A DNA stretch of 64,000 bases, from assembly GCA_034521815.1 (NCBI GenBank), contig JAXHLW010000013.1:192001-256000 (forward strand), in the 5' to 3' direction. The DNA comes from Trueperaceae bacterium (GTDB lineage: Bacteria; Deinococcota; Deinococci; Deinococcales; Trueperaceae). The translations under genes were made by a program, and so were the position numbers. The notes beneath the pieces are model-generated. The model had not been told where the DNA came from. It saw only the letters and a list, made by a program, of their open reading frames with translations, and did not search any database. The stretch's first letter is position 1, and each line of letters starts with the position of its first letter. Below, piece by piece: positions 1 to 11,646 of this stretch.

Positions 1-122
1 ACGACCTCGACGTCGTCGAAGCCCCACACCTCGCGCTGGAGCTCCTCGATCGCGCGGAGCTCGGGCACCGTGGACAGGGGGCGGATGGGGAGCGGATCGC
101 TCGGTCGGGAGGCGTCGTGCAT
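1..122 (-). CDS. Probable GNAT-family acetyltransferase, N-terminal part (runs off window)
   Basis: Translates MHDASRPSDPLPIRPLSTVPELRAIEELQREVWGFDDVEVV; IRPL...ELQREVWG resembles a GNAT N-terminus. Confidence 0.5.
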   Translation of the reverse strand, partial: MHDASRPSDPLPIRPLSTVPELRAIEELQREVWGFDDVEV

Positions 123-209
123 GCCGCAGGGTAGCGCCCTCGCTCCCATCACGGGCGAAGGGGCGCACGTGTGCACCTCCCGTGAGCGGCGCCAAGCTAC
201 CGTCCCCAC

Positions 210-1748
210 GTGATCGCTCCACCGACCGTCTCCGAGCGTCGCCCGTCCGAGCCTCGCTCCTCCGAGGCCGCGCTACCAGGCGCCGCCCATCCAGGCGCCG
301 CCCATCCAGGCGCCGCGCCGCTGCGTCTGTCCGACGTGGTGTCCGCTCTGACGTACGCCCTCGACATCACCGAAGGCCAGCCGGAGGGGCACGCGCTTCG
401 CTCGTGCGCGATCGGCATGGCGATCGGCGAACGGCTCGGACTGGACGCAGAGGGTCTGTCCGACCTGTACTACGCCCTGCTGCTCAAGGACCTCGGCTGC
501 AGCAGCAACAGCGCGCGGTTGGCGGCGACGTTCGGCGCGGACGACCGGCGGGTCAAGCACGCGTACAAGCTCATCGACCTCGACCGGCCGCGCGACGGGC
601 TCGGATTCGTGATCGGGAACGCCGGTTCGGCGGCACCGCCGCTGCAGCGACTCCGCCACGTCGTCGACGTCTCGCTGGGCCGCGGCGGCGGGCAGCGGGC
701 GCTGACCGAGATCCGCTGCGAGCGCGGCGCCGACATCGCCCGTGAGCTCGGGTTCTCGGCCGTCACCAGCGAGGCGATCCGCGCCCTGGACGAGCACTGG
801 GACGGAGGCGGACATCCGTACCGGCTCGAGGGCGACGCGATTCCCCTGGCGGGCCGGATCCTGTGCCTGGCACAGACCGTCGAGGTGTTCGCGCAGGCGC
901 ACGGGCCGGAGGCGGCCATGGAGGTGGCGCGGCGACGGTCCGGGCGTTGGTTCGACCCCGCCGTGGTGGCCGCGTTGGGCGAGGCGGCAGGCGAGGCGGG
1001 CTTCTGGGAGGGGCTGTCGCCCGACGGTCTGGAAGCCCGCGTGCGGGCGGCGGAGCCGGTGAGCCGAATGGTGCACGCCGACGCGGACCGTTTGGACCGC
1101 GTCGCCGCCGCGTTCGCCCGCGTGATCGACGCCAAGTCGCCGTGGACGTTCCGCCACTCGGAGCGCGTGCGGGCGTTCGCGCTGGGCATCGCGGAGGAGC
1201 TGGGGCTGCCCCCGGAGCGTCGCCCCGACCTGTCGCGTGCGGCGCTGCTGCACGACCTTGGCAAGCTGGGCGTGCCCAACCTGATTCTGGACAAGCCCGG
1301 CCGGCTGAGCGAGGACGAGTTCGCGGTGATCCGCCGGCATCCGGCCGACAGCCAGCGGATCCTCGAGCGCGTGGGACCGTTCCGGGTCTTCGCCGAGGTG
1401 GCGGGCGCGCACCACGAGCGCATGGACGGCCGTGGCTACCACGGAGCGCGCCGTGCCGGGGAGCTACCGCTGGAGGCACGGATCCTGGCGACGGCCGATC
1501 CGTTCGAAGCGCTCACGGCGTCGCGCCCCTACCGCGATGGGATGTCGACCGAGGAGGCGCTCGGACTCCTGCGCCGCGACGTCGGCGCGGGCGTCGACCA
1601 GGCCTGCCTGGCGGCGCTCGAGGGGTTCCTCGCCACCTCGGCAGGCGCGGAGCTGCTCGCCTCGGCCGAGGTGCCCACGACGGTTGGGCCAACGGCGTCT
1701 CCCGGTCAGTCGCCGTCGATGTCCAGCGGAGGCGCCGCCTCGCGGTAG
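210..1748 (+). CDS. Tandem HD-GYP domain phosphodiesterase
   Basis: N-terminal degenerate domain (LLKDLG, EHWDGGGHP); C-terminal LHDLGK, HHERMDGRGYH, RPYR. Confidence 0.9.
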   Translation: MIAPPTVSERRPSEPRSSEAALPGAAHPGAAHPGAAPLRLSDVVSALTYALDITEGQPEGHALRSCAIGMAIGERLGLDAEGLSDLYYALLLKDLGCSSNSARLAATFGADDRRVKHAYKLIDLDRPRDGLGFVIGNAGSAAPPLQRLRHVVDVSLGRGGGQRALTEIRCERGADIARELGFSAVTSEAIRALDEHWDGGGHPYRLEGDAIPLAGRILCLAQTVEVFAQAHGPEAAMEVARRRSGRWFDPAVVAALGEAAGEAGFWEGLSPDGLEARVRAAEPVSRMVHADADRLDRVAAAFARVIDAKSPWTFRHSERVRAFALGIAEELGLPPERRPDLSRAALLHDLGKLGVPNLILDKPGRLSEDEFAVIRRHPADSQRILERVGPFRVFAEVAGAHHERMDGRGYHGARRAGELPLEARILATADPFEALTASRPYRDGMSTEEALGLLRRDVGAGVDQACLAALEGFLATSAGAELLASAEVPTTVGPTASPGQSPSMSSGGAASR

Positions 1749-3178
1749 CGGGCGTACCCCTCGCGGTACGCGTCGGACGGCCGAGGCGCCAGCCAGCGCT
1801 CGACCTCGGGAGTGGGCACGGACGCGCCGCGGGACCGCCAGGCCAACGCCGCAGCGCCGTGCGCGGCGCCGGGCACGCTCTCGGGCACGCCGATCTCGAC
1901 CTCGAGCACGTCGGCCACCATCTGGATCCAGGTGTCGCCGCGGGCGCCGCCGCCGGTGGCGATCAGCCGCGGCGGCACGCCCAGGGGGCGCATGACCGAC
2001 CACACGTCGGCCAGGCTGAACGCCACCCCCTCGAGCACCGCGCGGACCAGGTCGTCCGGCTCGGTCGCCAGGCTCAGGCCGGCGAAGCCGCCGCGCAGGT
2101 CGGGGTCGAGGAAGGGGCTGCGCTCGCCCGCCAGGAACGGCGTGAAGGTGACGCCTCCCGCGCCCACGGGCCGCTCCGCCGCCCGCGCGACGCGCTGGCC
2201 CACGTCGTCGCCGGGCGCCAACACGTTCAGCCACCAGGCCAGGCTGCCGGCCGCGGCGAGGGTCACGCCCAAACGCAGCCAGGAGCCGTCGGCGTGCGCG
2301 AAGAGGTGGATGCGGCCCTGCGGGTCGGGCGTCGGTCCGTCCGCCGGCACCATCAGCACGCCGGAGGTGCCCAGGCTCACCGAGCCCAGGTCCGGCGCGT
2401 CGCGCCCCAAGCCCAGCGCGGTCGCCGCCGCGGCGTTGTCGCCCGCCCCGGCCACGACGGGCGTGCCGGGCCGAAGTCCGGTGGCTTCCGCCGCGGTATC
2501 GGTCACGGTGCCGACGACGGCGTCGGAGGCGACGACGGGCGGGAACAGCGCCGGGTCGAGGTCGAGGCGACGCAGCAGCTCCTCGTCCCAGCTCCCGCTG
2601 GCCACGGCGAACGCGCCGGAGCCGCTGGCGTCGCTGGGCTCGGCGCGTGCCTCGCCGGTCAGGCGGTAGCCGATCCAGTCCTTGGGGAACAGCACGGTGC
2701 GAACCCGAGCGAAGCGCTCCGGCTCATGGTCGCGGAGCCACAGCAGCTTGGGCAGCTGGAAGCCGGTGACGGCGGGATTGCCGGTGCGGCGCACCAGCTC
2801 GGCGCGCGGCACGGCGTTCTCGATGGCGGCGACCTGCTCGCCGGTGCGCTGGTCGTTCCAGAGCAGGGCCGGACGGACCGGCCGGCCGGCCTCGTCCAGG
2901 GCCACCATGCCGTGCATCTGCCCGGCGGCGGCGACCGCCTCGACCCGGTCCGGTCCCACCTGGGCGACCAGCTCGCGCAACGCGCTGGCGGCCGCCTCCC
3001 ACCAGGCGTCCGGCTCCTGCTCGGTCCAGCCGGGGTGCGGCGTGAGCAGGGGGTAGTCTCCGTGCGCCTCGGCCACCACGCGGCCGTCGGCCGTCTGCGC
3101 GACCGCCTTCAGGCCGCTGGTGCCGACGTCGAGGCCGATCGTCACGCCGTCTCTCGTCACGCCGTCCCGGCTCGCCAT
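1706..3178 (-). CDS. xylB: Xylulokinase
   Basis: IGLDVGTSGLK, GQMHG, LLWNDQRT, GAGDNAAA, PFLAGERSP; directly downstream of xylA. Confidence 0.95.
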   Translation of the reverse strand: MASRDGVTRDGVTIGLDVGTSGLKAVAQTADGRVVAEAHGDYPLLTPHPGWTEQEPDAWWEAAASALRELVAQVGPDRVEAVAAAGQMHGMVALDEAGRPVRPALLWNDQRTGEQVAAIENAVPRAELVRRTGNPAVTGFQLPKLLWLRDHEPERFARVRTVLFPKDWIGYRLTGEARAEPSDASGSGAFAVASGSWDEELLRRLDLDPALFPPVVASDAVVGTVTDTAAEATGLRPGTPVVAGAGDNAAAATALGLGRDAPDLGSVSLGTSGVLMVPADGPTPDPQGRIHLFAHADGSWLRLGVTLAAAGSLAWWLNVLAPGDDVGQRVARAAERPVGAGGVTFTPFLAGERSPFLDPDLRGGFAGLSLATEPDDLVRAVLEGVAFSLADVWSVMRPLGVPPRLIATGGGARGDTWIQMVADVLEVEIGVPESVPGAAHGAAALAWRSRGASVPTPEVERWLAPRPSDAYREGYARYREAAPPLDIDGD

Positions 3179-3180
3179 GC

Positions 3181-4395
3181 TCAGTCCACCCCCAGCAGGA
3201 TCTCGATCACGCGCTGATCGATCCGCTCCAGTCCGGGGCCGCGGGTGCGCAGCTCGTCGAGCGGCAGCTCGCGAGCCTTGAGCGCCGCGGCGTTCTCCGG
3301 GTCGTAACGCATCAGCCGTTCGAGCTCCGGGTCGCTCACGCGGTACGCCGACAGCGCGGCTTGGAGCTCGCTGTCCTGCTTCAGTCGCGCGGCCTTCTCG
3401 GCCAGGATCTTGTACGTCCGCATGCAGCCGGCCGCGAACGTCCAGACGCCGTCTGCGTCCTCGGTGCGGAGCGCGTGCGCGTCGAAGTGCTTGGGTCCCT
3501 GGTAGCCGTGCTCCTCGAGCAGCGCGACGGTCATCAGCGCGGCCTTCGGATTCTCGGCCCCGAACCGCAGGTCCTGGTCGAACCGGCTCATCTTCTGGTC
3601 GTTCAGGTCGATGTGGAACAGCTTGCCGGCGTCGATCGCTTGCGCCACGGCGTGCGGGAACGACAGCCCGGCCATCGTCTCGTGCGCGAACTCGGGGTTC
3701 ACGCCGAAGCGGTCCGGGTCGTCCAGCGTGGCGATGAAGCCCAGCAGGCTGCCGACGGTAGGCAGGAACAGGTCGCCTCGCGGCTCGTTGGGCTTCGGCT
3801 CCAGCGCGAAACGAAGCTCGTAGCCCTGATCGGTCGCGTAGGCGGCCAGGTAGTTCAGGGCGTCGCGGAACCAGGCGAGGGCGTCGGTCAGCTTGCCGGC
3901 GCCGTCCACCTCGGCGCCCTCGCGGCCGCCCCAGAACACGTACGTCGTGGCGCCCAGCTCCACACCGAGGTCCATGGCGCGCATCGTCTTCTGCAGCGCG
4001 TAGGCGCGGACGCGGGCGTCGGCGCTGGTGAACGCGCCGTCCTTGAACGCCGGGTCGCCGAACAGGTTCGTCGTGGCCATCGGAACGACCATGCCGGTCT
4101 CGTCCAGGGCGGCCTTGAAGCGAGCGACGATGCGGTCGCGTTCCGAGGCGCCAGAGCCGCGCGGGACCAGGTCGTCGTCGTGGAAGTTCACGCCCCAGGC
4201 GCCCAGCTGGGCCAGGCGGTGGACGCTTTCGACCGGATCCAGCGCGGGCCGCGTCGGCTCGCCGAACGGGTCGCGCCCGACGTTGCCGACCGTCCACAGC
4301 CCGAAGCTGAACCGGTCTTCGCGGGTGGGTGCGTAGCGGTCGGGGCTCATGTGCTCGGGACTCATGTGCTCGGAACCGTGGGGAACGGTGTCCAC
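3181..4395 (-). CDS. xylA: Xylose isomerase (start may be 4350 or 4365)
   Basis: [48 protein letters not shown]. Confidence 0.97.
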   Translation of the reverse strand: MDTVPHGSEHMSPEHMSPDRYAPTREDRFSFGLWTVGNVGRDPFGEPTRPALDPVESVHRLAQLGAWGVNFHDDDLVPRGSGASERDRIVARFKAALDETGMVVPMATTNLFGDPAFKDGAFTSADARVRAYALQKTMRAMDLGVELGATTYVFWGGREGAEVDGAGKLTDALAWFRDALNYLAAYATDQGYELRFALEPKPNEPRGDLFLPTVGSLLGFIATLDDPDRFGVNPEFAHETMAGLSFPHAVAQAIDAGKLFHIDLNDQKMSRFDQDLRFGAENPKAALMTVALLEEHGYQGPKHFDAHALRTEDADGVWTFAAGCMRTYKILAEKAARLKQDSELQAALSAYRVSDPELERLMRYDPENAAALKARELPLDELRTRGPGLERIDQRVIEILLGVD

Positions 4396-5510
4396 TTGGC
4401 GTCGGAGCGGGAGCTCGCGACGGTCGTCTCGATGAAGCGCACGCCGCGCGCGCCGTCCGAGGCCGTGGGATGGTCGCCGTCCTGGCCGCGGATCGAGGCG
4501 GCCACGCCGCCGTACACGTTCGCGAACGCCTCGAAGAACCCCTCGGGGTGGCCCGGCGGAATGCGGGCGGCCGCCAGGGCGTCGTCGTGGAGCCCGGGAC
4601 CGTTGCGGGTGTAGACCTTGCGCGGCTCGTCGTTGCTGGTCATGACCAGCTCGTTGGGCTGCTCCTGGCGCCAGCTCAGGCCGGCCTTGGTGCCGTACAC
4701 GCGCAGGCGCAGGTCGTTCTCCTCGCCCACTTCGACCTGAGAGGCGATGAGGACGCCGCGAGCGCCGCCCTTGAAGCGGAGCAGCATGTTGCCGTCGTCG
4801 TCCAGCTGGCGGCCCCCTACGAAGGTGGTCAGGTCGGCGCAGATCGCCTCGATCTCGAGCCCCGTGACGGTGGCGACGAGGTTCTCCGCGTGGCTGCCGA
4901 TGTCGCCGATCGCTCCGGCGATGCCGCTACGCGACGGGTCGGTGCGCCACTCGGCCTGCTTGACCTTCTCCTCCTCGAGCTTCTTCGCCAGCCAGCCCTG
5001 GTTGTACTCGACGATCACCTTGCGGATCTCGCCCAGCTCGCCGCCTCGGACCATGGCGCGGGCCTGCCGCACCATCGGGTAGCCGGTGTAGTTGTAGGTC
5101 ACGCCGAACACCACGCCGGCGTCGCGCGCCGTGGCGACGAGGTCGTCCGCTTCGGCGCTGGACAGCGCCAGCGGCTTGTCGCAGATCACGTGGAACCCGG
5201 CGGCCGCGAACGCCTTGGCGACGGGGTGGTGCACATGGTTGGGGGTGACGACCGACACCGCCTCGATCCGCTCGCTTTCGGGCAGCGCCTTCTCGGCGTC
5301 GAGCATCTCTTCCCAGCTGCCGTACACGCGCGGCAGGCCCAGCGCCTCGCCCGACGCCCGTGCCTTTTCGGGGGTGGAGGAGAGCGCGCCGGCGACGAGC
5401 TCGTAGGTGCCGTCCAGGCGCGCGGCGATGCGGTGCACGCCGCCGATGAACGCGTCCTTGCCGCCACCGACCATGCCCAGGCGGATGGGGGTCGCAGGCT
5501 CGCGGATCAT
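4362..5510 (-). CDS. Gfo/Idh/MocA family oxidoreductase
   Basis: [37 protein letters not shown]. Confidence 0.92.
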   Translation of the reverse strand: MIREPATPIRLGMVGGGKDAFIGGVHRIAARLDGTYELVAGALSSTPEKARASGEALGLPRVYGSWEEMLDAEKALPESERIEAVSVVTPNHVHHPVAKAFAAAGFHVICDKPLALSSAEADDLVATARDAGVVFGVTYNYTGYPMVRQARAMVRGGELGEIRKVIVEYNQGWLAKKLEEEKVKQAEWRTDPSRSGIAGAIGDIGSHAENLVATVTGLEIEAICADLTTFVGGRQLDDDGNMLLRFKGGARGVLIASQVEVGEENDLRLRVYGTKAGLSWRQEQPNELVMTSNDEPRKVYTRNGPGLHDDALAAARIPPGHPEGFFEAFANVYGGVAASIRGQDGDHPTASDGARGVRFIETTVASSRSDAKWTPFPTVPST

Positions 5511-6514
5511 GACTCGTCCTTCGCGAACGCGGCGTCGAACGCGCCCTCGGCGGGAGCGAAGTCGATGCTTCGCGTGAACGCGGCGGATTCCGTGGCGCCG
5601 TGCACCCGGTCCATCCGACCGTCTTCCCACTCGACCGACAGCGGGCCCTGGTAGCCGATGTCGTTCAGCGCGACGATGATCTCCTCGAAGTCCACGTCGC
5701 CGCGGCCCACGCTGCGGAAGTCCCAGAAGCGGCGGGGGTCGCCGAAGGAGGTGTGGCCGCCGAACACGCCGGCGCGGCCGTCGCCCCGGCCCCACCAGAC
5801 GTCCTTCATGTGGACGTGATGGATGCGGTCCGCGAAGTCGCGGATGAAGCGGACGTAGTCGACGCCCTGGTAGGCGAGGTGGCTGGGGTCGTAGTTGAAC
5901 CCGAATCGGGGGTGGTGGCCGATCGCGTCCAGCGCCCGCTCGGCGCTGGCGATGTCGAACGCGATCTCGGTCGGGTGCACCTCGAGCGCGAAGTTCACGC
6001 CCACCTCGTCGAACGCGTCCATGATCGGTCCGAAGCGCTGGGCGAAGTCGTCGTACCCCTTCTGCCAGTAGTCCTGACTGGTGGGGGGGAAGGCGTACAG
6101 GGCGTGCCAGATGGAGCTTCCGGTGAAGCCGGTGACGACGTCGACGCCGAGGGCCTTGGCGGCCCGCGCGGTGGTCTTCATCTCCTCGGCCGCGCGCTGG
6201 CGGACGCCTTCGGGGTCGCCGTCGCCCCAGACGCGGCCTGGGAGGACGGCGGCGTGGCGCTCGTCGATGCGGTCGCACACCGCTTGGCCCAGCAGGTGGT
6301 TCCCGATCGCGTGCAGCGACAGGTCGTGCTTCGCGAGCAGGTCGCGTCGGCCGCGCGCGTAGGCGGGGTCGTCCGCGGCCTGCACCACGTCGACGTGGTC
6401 GCCCCAGCAGGCGAGCTCCAAGCCGTCGTAGCCCATTTCCTGGGCCAGCGGCGCGAGCTCGGCCAGGGGCATGTCGGCCCATTGGCCGGTGAACAGCGTG
6501 ACGGGTCGTGGCAT
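5507..6514 (-). CDS. Sugar phosphate isomerase/epimerase (xylose isomerase-like TIM barrel)
   Basis: [46 protein letters not shown]. Confidence 0.92.
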   Translation of the reverse strand: MPRPVTLFTGQWADMPLAELAPLAQEMGYDGLELACWGDHVDVVQAADDPAYARGRRDLLAKHDLSLHAIGNHLLGQAVCDRIDERHAAVLPGRVWGDGDPEGVRQRAAEEMKTTARAAKALGVDVVTGFTGSSIWHALYAFPPTSQDYWQKGYDDFAQRFGPIMDAFDEVGVNFALEVHPTEIAFDIASAERALDAIGHHPRFGFNYDPSHLAYQGVDYVRFIRDFADRIHHVHMKDVWWGRGDGRAGVFGGHTSFGDPRRFWDFRSVGRGDVDFEEIIVALNDIGYQGPLSVEWEDGRMDRVHGATESAAFTRSIDFAPAEGAFDAAFAKDES

Positions 6515-6534
6515 GGGACTCCTTTCAAGAAGGA

Positions 6535-6556
6535 GGGCGGCCCCGGAGGGCCGCCC
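6535..6556 (-). terminator. Stem-loop after the substrate-binding protein gene (terminator or mRNA stabiliser)
   Basis: GGGCGGCCC-CGGA-GGGCCGCCC perfect 9-bp stem. Confidence 0.55.
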
Positions 6557-6571
6557 GATTGCCGGAGTCGT

Positions 6572-7513
6572 TCAGAACGCCGCGTCGGGGAAGTAGTACT
6601 GCTCGGCGTTCTCTTCGGTGATCAGCGTGGCGTCCAGGATGTACTCGCCCAGCACCGGCACGTCGCTGACGTAGTGCAGAGCGGTGACTTCCATCGCGGT
6701 CGCGATCATGGACGGGGGGTAGAGGACGTCGACCGGAACGAGGTCGTCGCCTTCCATGACCCGGCGGATCATCTCCTTCATGCCGGCGCCGCCGACGATG
6801 AACACCTCGTCGCTACGGCCCGCCTGCTCGAGCGCGGCGATCACGCCGACCGTGATGTCGTCGTCCTGCGCCCAGATGGCGTCGATGTCGTCGAAGCGTG
6901 ACAGGAAGTCCTGCATCACTTCGAAGCCGTCGTCGCGGTTCCAGTTCGCGTACTCGGACGCCAGAACCTCGATGTTCGTGTCCTCGAGGACCTCCATGCA
7001 GCCGTCGAAGCGCTGGTTGTCGATCACGGTCGGAATGCCGCGGAGGATCACGATGTTGCCTTCGCCGTTCAGGCGCTCCGAGATGTACTCGCAGCTGACC
7101 TGGCCCATCTGCGGGTTGTTGCCCGCGACGTAGATGTCACGGATGGTCGGGTCGATCAGACCGCGATCGACGACCGTCACGAACACGCCCTGGTCCGCGA
7201 CCTGCGCGACGGGAGCGGTCAGCGGGTCGGATTCGAACGGCAGGATCACGAGGGCGTCGATCTGGTCGATCGCGACCATGTCCTGCAGGTCGTTGGCCTG
7301 CTCGGAGGCGCTCCCGGCGGAGTTGATCACGATGTCGAGGTTCGGGTAGCGGGCTTCGAGGTCGGCTTCGGTCCGTTCGGCCCACCAGTTCACGCCGCCG
7401 GTCCAGCCGTGCGTGGCGGCGGGGATCGAGACGCCGATGGTGACGGCGTCGTCTTGGGCGAACGCGAACGTCGCGGCGAGCAGAGCGGCGATGGGGATCA
7501 GGATGCGCTTCAT
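6572..7513 (-). CDS. Sugar ABC transporter substrate-binding protein (RbsB-like)
   Basis: Signal peptide ending AFA-Q; VTVVDR, YVAGNN, ANWNRDDG, WAQDDD. Confidence 0.93.
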   Translation of the reverse strand: MKRILIPIAALLAATFAFAQDDAVTIGVSIPAATHGWTGGVNWWAERTEADLEARYPNLDIVINSAGSASEQANDLQDMVAIDQIDALVILPFESDPLTAPVAQVADQGVFVTVVDRGLIDPTIRDIYVAGNNPQMGQVSCEYISERLNGEGNIVILRGIPTVIDNQRFDGCMEVLEDTNIEVLASEYANWNRDDGFEVMQDFLSRFDDIDAIWAQDDDITVGVIAALEQAGRSDEVFIVGGAGMKEMIRRVMEGDDLVPVDVLYPPSMIATAMEVTALHYVSDVPVLGEYILDATLITEENAEQYYFPDAAF

Positions 7514-7597
7514 GAGGCCTCCTTGCGAGGTCGGGAAGAACGTGGGTCGTCAATCTCGGTCGGTCGTGCCTGCATCGATGGGGTGCATCACCCCCCT

Positions 7598-8596
7598 TCA
7601 GCGGCTCTTGCCGCGCTGGAGCAGGACGGCGAGGATGATGATCACGCCCTGCACCGCTTGGTTGAGGTAGTTGCTGATCACGTCGGTGAGGTTCAGGACG
7701 TTGCCGATGGTGGACAAGAGGATCGCGCCGACGATCGTGCCCCAGACGTGGCCCGATCCGCCCTTGAGCGCGGTCCCGCCGATGATCACGGCGGCGATCG
7801 CTTCGAGCTCCCAAAGCACGCCGGTCGAGCCGGACGCCGAGCCGAGGCGCGGCACGTAGATGATGACCGCCAGCGCGACGGCGAAGCCTTGGATCACGTA
7901 GGTCATCGTCTTGATGCGCTGCACGCGGATCGCCGAGTAGCGTGCGACGTCCTCGTTGCTGCCGATCGCGAACACGTAGCGGCCGAAGCGCGTCCGGTGC
8001 AGCACCAGCGCGCCCACGCCGGCGACGATCGCGAAGATCCAGATCGGCCACGGCACGCCGAGGAACGATCCGTAGTAGATCGGCCGCGCGACGTTGCGCA
8101 GCGCGAAGTCCAGCGAGATCGTGCCGCCGTCGGCCAGGTAGGTGACCAGCGAACGGAAGATCCCGAGCGTGCCCAGCGTGACGATGAACGGCTCGATCCG
8201 CCCGCGCGTGATGGTCACGCCGTTGAACGTGCCCGCCGCCAGTCCCAGGACCAGCGCGAACACGATGCCCAGGCCCAGCACGGCCAGCGGCGGCAGCCCC
8301 GTCGCGATCATCGCGTTCATGAACAGGATCATGGCGCCCGCCACGAACGCCGCCATGGAGCCGACCGACAGGTCGATGCCGCCGGCGATGATCACGAACG
8401 TCGAGCCGACCGCGATGATGCCGATGAAGGCGCTGCGGGTGAGCACGTTGAAGATGTTGGTGGACGAGAGGAACGCCGGGTTCATCAGCGAGCCCACGAT
8501 CACCAGCGCGACCAGTCCCAAAAGCGGGGTGAGGGTCTGCCAGGGAATCCGCCGCTTGCGGCGCGCGGGGGCGGTGGCGTCAGGCGGCGTGGTCAT
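7598..8596 (-). CDS. Sugar ABC transporter permease (RbsC-like)
   Basis: [29 protein letters not shown]; many TM segments. Confidence 0.95.
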   Translation of the reverse strand: MTTPPDATAPARRKRRIPWQTLTPLLGLVALVIVGSLMNPAFLSSTNIFNVLTRSAFIGIIAVGSTFVIIAGGIDLSVGSMAAFVAGAMILFMNAMIATGLPPLAVLGLGIVFALVLGLAAGTFNGVTITRGRIEPFIVTLGTLGIFRSLVTYLADGGTISLDFALRNVARPIYYGSFLGVPWPIWIFAIVAGVGALVLHRTRFGRYVFAIGSNEDVARYSAIRVQRIKTMTYVIQGFAVALAVIIYVPRLGSASGSTGVLWELEAIAAVIIGGTALKGGSGHVWGTIVGAILLSTIGNVLNLTDVISNYLNQAVQGVIIILAVLLQRGKSR

Positions 8597-10130
8597 GGAG
8601 GTCCCCCTGCTGCTTGAGTCCGGTCGCGTACTGCACGATCTCGTTCTCGTCGATGTCGTCGCCTTCCAGGATGCCGGTGATCCGTCCCGACCGCATGACG
8701 GCCACGCGGTGACTGAGACCGATGATCTCCGGCAGCTCGCTGCTGATCACGATCACGGCGATGCCGCTCTGGGCCAGCTGATGGATCAGGAAGTAGATCT
8801 CGCGCTTCGTGCCGACGTCGATCCCGCGGGTGGGCTCGTCCAGGATCAGGATCCGGGGGTCGCCCAGCAGGATCTTGGCGACGACCAGCTTCTGCTGATT
8901 GCCGCCGGAGAGCTCTCCAGCGCGGGCGTCGAGGCGGCCGACGCGGATGTCGTAGCGATCGACGGCTTCGCGGAGGGCGGCGCGCTCGGCGGGCCGGTCG
9001 ATCAACGGATGCGCGAACCTCTCCAGCGCCTGCAGGGTGAGGTTCTCGTCGAGCCGCATCTCGGTGACGAGTCCCTTGCCCTTGCGGTCCTCCGTCAGGT
9101 AGGCGATGCCGGCGCGGTGCGCATCCTCGGGCGTGCGAATCTCGAGCGGCTTGCCGTCGAGCTCGATGCGGCCGCTCGCGGCACGGATCCCGATCAGGCC
9201 TTCGAACAGCTCGGTGCGGCCCGCCCCGACCAGGCCCGCGAAGCCGAGCACCTCGCCGCGGCGAAGGTCGAAACTCGCGTTCTGGACGCGGTCCTCGACG
9301 TCGAGGTCGGTGACGCGGAGCACGACGGGCTCGTCGGGGACGAGCGTCTTGCCTGGGTACATGTCGGTCAGCTCGCGACCGACCATCAGCCGCGCCATCT
9401 TGGCCTGGTCGAGCTCCGAGATGGCGTGCGTGGCGACGTGATCGCCGTCGCGCAGGATCGTCACCCGGTCGGCGATCCGCTCGATCTCGTCGAGCTTGTG
9501 CGACACGTACACGATGGCGACCCCTTGGTCGCGCAGCCGCCGGATCAGCGTGAACAGAACCTCGGTCTCGGACCCCGTGAGGACGTCGGTGGGCTCGTCC
9601 ATGAACAGCACGCGCGCGTCGCGGGCGACCGCCTTGGCGATCTCGACCATCTGCTGATCCGACACGCCGAGACGACCGACGGGCACGCGCAGGTCGACGT
9701 TGGTGTCGAGCTGCTCCAGCAGCTCGCGCGCCTCCCGCTCCATGCGGGCGCGGTCCAGCAGGCCGCGGCGGGTGGGCTCTCGCCCTAGGAAGATGTTCGC
9801 GGCGGCGCCGAGATCCTCGACCAGCGCGAACTCCTGATGGATCAGCACGACGCCCGCGGCCTCGGCCTCGCCGCTGTCGCGGAAGCGGACCTCGGCCCCG
9901 TCGAGCAGCACCGTGCCCGCGTCGGCCAGGAGGTACCCGGACAGGCACTTCATCATGGTCGACTTGCCGGCACCGTTCTCTCCGAGCAGCGCGTGGACCT
10001 CGCCGGGACGGACGTCGAAGTCGATCCCGTGGAGGACCTCGATCGGCCCGAACGACTTCGCGAGGCCGTGCGTGCGGAGGATCGGTGCGGGTTCCGTCGC
10101 AGGTTGCGTCGCAGGTTCCGTCGCGGTCAT
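8580..10130 (-). CDS. Sugar ABC transporter ATP-binding protein (RbsA-like, two ATPase domains)
   Basis: [33 protein letters not shown]. Confidence 0.96.
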   Translation of the reverse strand: MTATEPATQPATEPAPILRTHGLAKSFGPIEVLHGIDFDVRPGEVHALLGENGAGKSTMMKCLSGYLLADAGTVLLDGAEVRFRDSGEAEAAGVVLIHQEFALVEDLGAAANIFLGREPTRRGLLDRARMEREARELLEQLDTNVDLRVPVGRLGVSDQQMVEIAKAVARDARVLFMDEPTDVLTGSETEVLFTLIRRLRDQGVAIVYVSHKLDEIERIADRVTILRDGDHVATHAISELDQAKMARLMVGRELTDMYPGKTLVPDEPVVLRVTDLDVEDRVQNASFDLRRGEVLGFAGLVGAGRTELFEGLIGIRAASGRIELDGKPLEIRTPEDAHRAGIAYLTEDRKGKGLVTEMRLDENLTLQALERFAHPLIDRPAERAALREAVDRYDIRVGRLDARAGELSGGNQQKLVVAKILLGDPRILILDEPTRGIDVGTKREIYFLIHQLAQSGIAVIVISSELPEIIGLSHRVAVMRSGRITGILEGDDIDENEIVQYATGLKQQGDLHDHAA

Positions 10131-10171
10131 CGCCTTCTCTCGAAGGGCGCAGCGCGTGGGCCGTCGCCCGG

Positions 10172-10206
10172 TGTTGAATTGACTGTCGAACTAATTAGGA
10201 GCATAC
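10172..10206. promoter_or_regulatory. AT-rich divergent promoter region, possible ROK operator
   Basis: TTGAATTGACTGTCGAACTAATTAG between the divergent ABC operon and ROK gene; weak dyad with an AACTAA half-site. Confidence 0.35.
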
Positions 10207-10270
10207 TCGGATCGGAACGCTCCGTCAACGGTCGTTTCGCACCGCCCCGAGGACCGAGGAGGGAGGCGAG

Positions 10271-11461
10271 GTGCCCCGCTCGTCGCGCGTCAACCCCGCC
10301 CTGATCCGACAGCTCAACACCGCTCGCGTGTTCCACGCCGTCCGTCTCCACCCCGGCGTGTCGCAGCGCCGCGTGGCCGAGGTCACCGGCCTCGACAAGG
10401 CCACCGTCTCGACCGTCGTGTCCGCGCTGGTCGACGACGGCCTGCTGAGCCGGACGACGGTGGCCAGCGGCAAGCCCGGCCGACCCGAGCAAGCCCTGGT
10501 CATCGACCCGTCCGGCGGGCTGCTGGTCGGGGCCCGACTGGAGCCCAGCAGCGTACGACTGCTGGTCGCCACGCTGGCAGGCGAAGCGATCGCGACGCAC
10601 GACCGTCCTTCCGGCCGGGGTCCCGAGCAGGCGCTCGACGCCTTGGTCGCCGGCATCGACGAGCTCTTGGAGCGTTCCGGGCGAGCGTTCGACGAGGTCC
10701 GTGCGGTGGGCGTCGGGGTGCCCGCGCTGTTCGGCCGCGACGGATCGCTGGCGCTCGCTCCCAACCTCGATTGGCACGACGTGCCCGTCGGTCCGCACCT
10801 CGACGAGCGGCTGCCGGTGCCCGTCTACGTGGACAACGATACGAAAGCCGCCGGGCTGGCGGAGACCCTGTTCGGCTCGTGCCGAGACGTGGACGACTTC
10901 GTGTACATCGCGGGACACTCCGGCATCGGCGGGGCGCTCTACCTCGGAGGACGCCTCTACCGCGGCAGCGCCGGCTACGCCGGAGAGCTGGGCCACCTCA
11001 AGGTCCGCCGCGGCGGCCGACGGTGCGGCTGCGGCGCCCGTGGCTGCCTCGAGGCGTACGTGTCGGAGACGGCGCTGCTGACCGCGGCTCGCGAGGCCGG
11101 CCTGGAGGTGGCCGATCTGGAGGCGCTGGCCGCGGCGGACGCGGCGGACGACCCGGTCGCGCGCACCGTCCTGCACGAAGCCGGCGACGTGCTGGGCGAC
11201 GCCTGCGCGGACCTGATCAACCTGTTCAACCCCGAGCGGATCGTGCTGGGCGGCTCGTTCGCGACGGCTGCCGCCAGGATGCTTCCCTACGTCGAGGCGC
11301 GTCTGGACGCCTTCGCTCTGGAGCCGCCGCGCCGACGCTGCAAGGTGATGCTGTCCGCCTTCGGCGGCGAGGCCGTCACGATGGGCGGCGTCGCCCTGGC
11401 GCTCGAAGGATTCCTGTCGCTGCCCGGCTGGATGCTGGCCAGGGAGCTCCACCGACGCTGA
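10271..11461 (+). CDS. ROK family transcriptional regulator (XylR-like)
   Basis: N-terminal HTH (TGLDKATVS), VDNDTKA, GYAGELGH, CGCGARGCLE. Confidence 0.93.
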   Translation: MPRSSRVNPALIRQLNTARVFHAVRLHPGVSQRRVAEVTGLDKATVSTVVSALVDDGLLSRTTVASGKPGRPEQALVIDPSGGLLVGARLEPSSVRLLVATLAGEAIATHDRPSGRGPEQALDALVAGIDELLERSGRAFDEVRAVGVGVPALFGRDGSLALAPNLDWHDVPVGPHLDERLPVPVYVDNDTKAAGLAETLFGSCRDVDDFVYIAGHSGIGGALYLGGRLYRGSAGYAGELGHLKVRRGGRRCGCGARGCLEAYVSETALLTAAREAGLEVADLEALAAADAADDPVARTVLHEAGDVLGDACADLINLFNPERIVLGGSFATAAARMLPYVEARLDAFALEPPRRRCKVMLSAFGGEAVTMGGVALALEGFLSLPGWMLARELHRR

Positions 11462-11646
11462 GGCGGTGCTCGTCACGGGTCGTTTCCCCGCGTTCCTCCC
11501 TGCGCTCCTTCGCACCGCTCCTTCCCACCGCTTCCCGATGGCGGTAGCATCCCGCTTGGTCTCGCGCGGCGCCCAGGCCGCGCTCACGCCGACGCCCGAG
11601 GATCGACACGAGGAGCGACACGAGGAGCGACACGAGGAGCGAAACC

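Noticed and set aside
3179-4297. xylA-xylB fusion or extended xylB
   Set aside because: The extension is an alternative frame over xylA; xylB has its own ATG at 3178
11604-11642. Direct repeats as a possible CRISPR array (also 42979-43017)
   Set aside because: Units are 12-13 bp and contiguous with no spacers; no cas genes in the window
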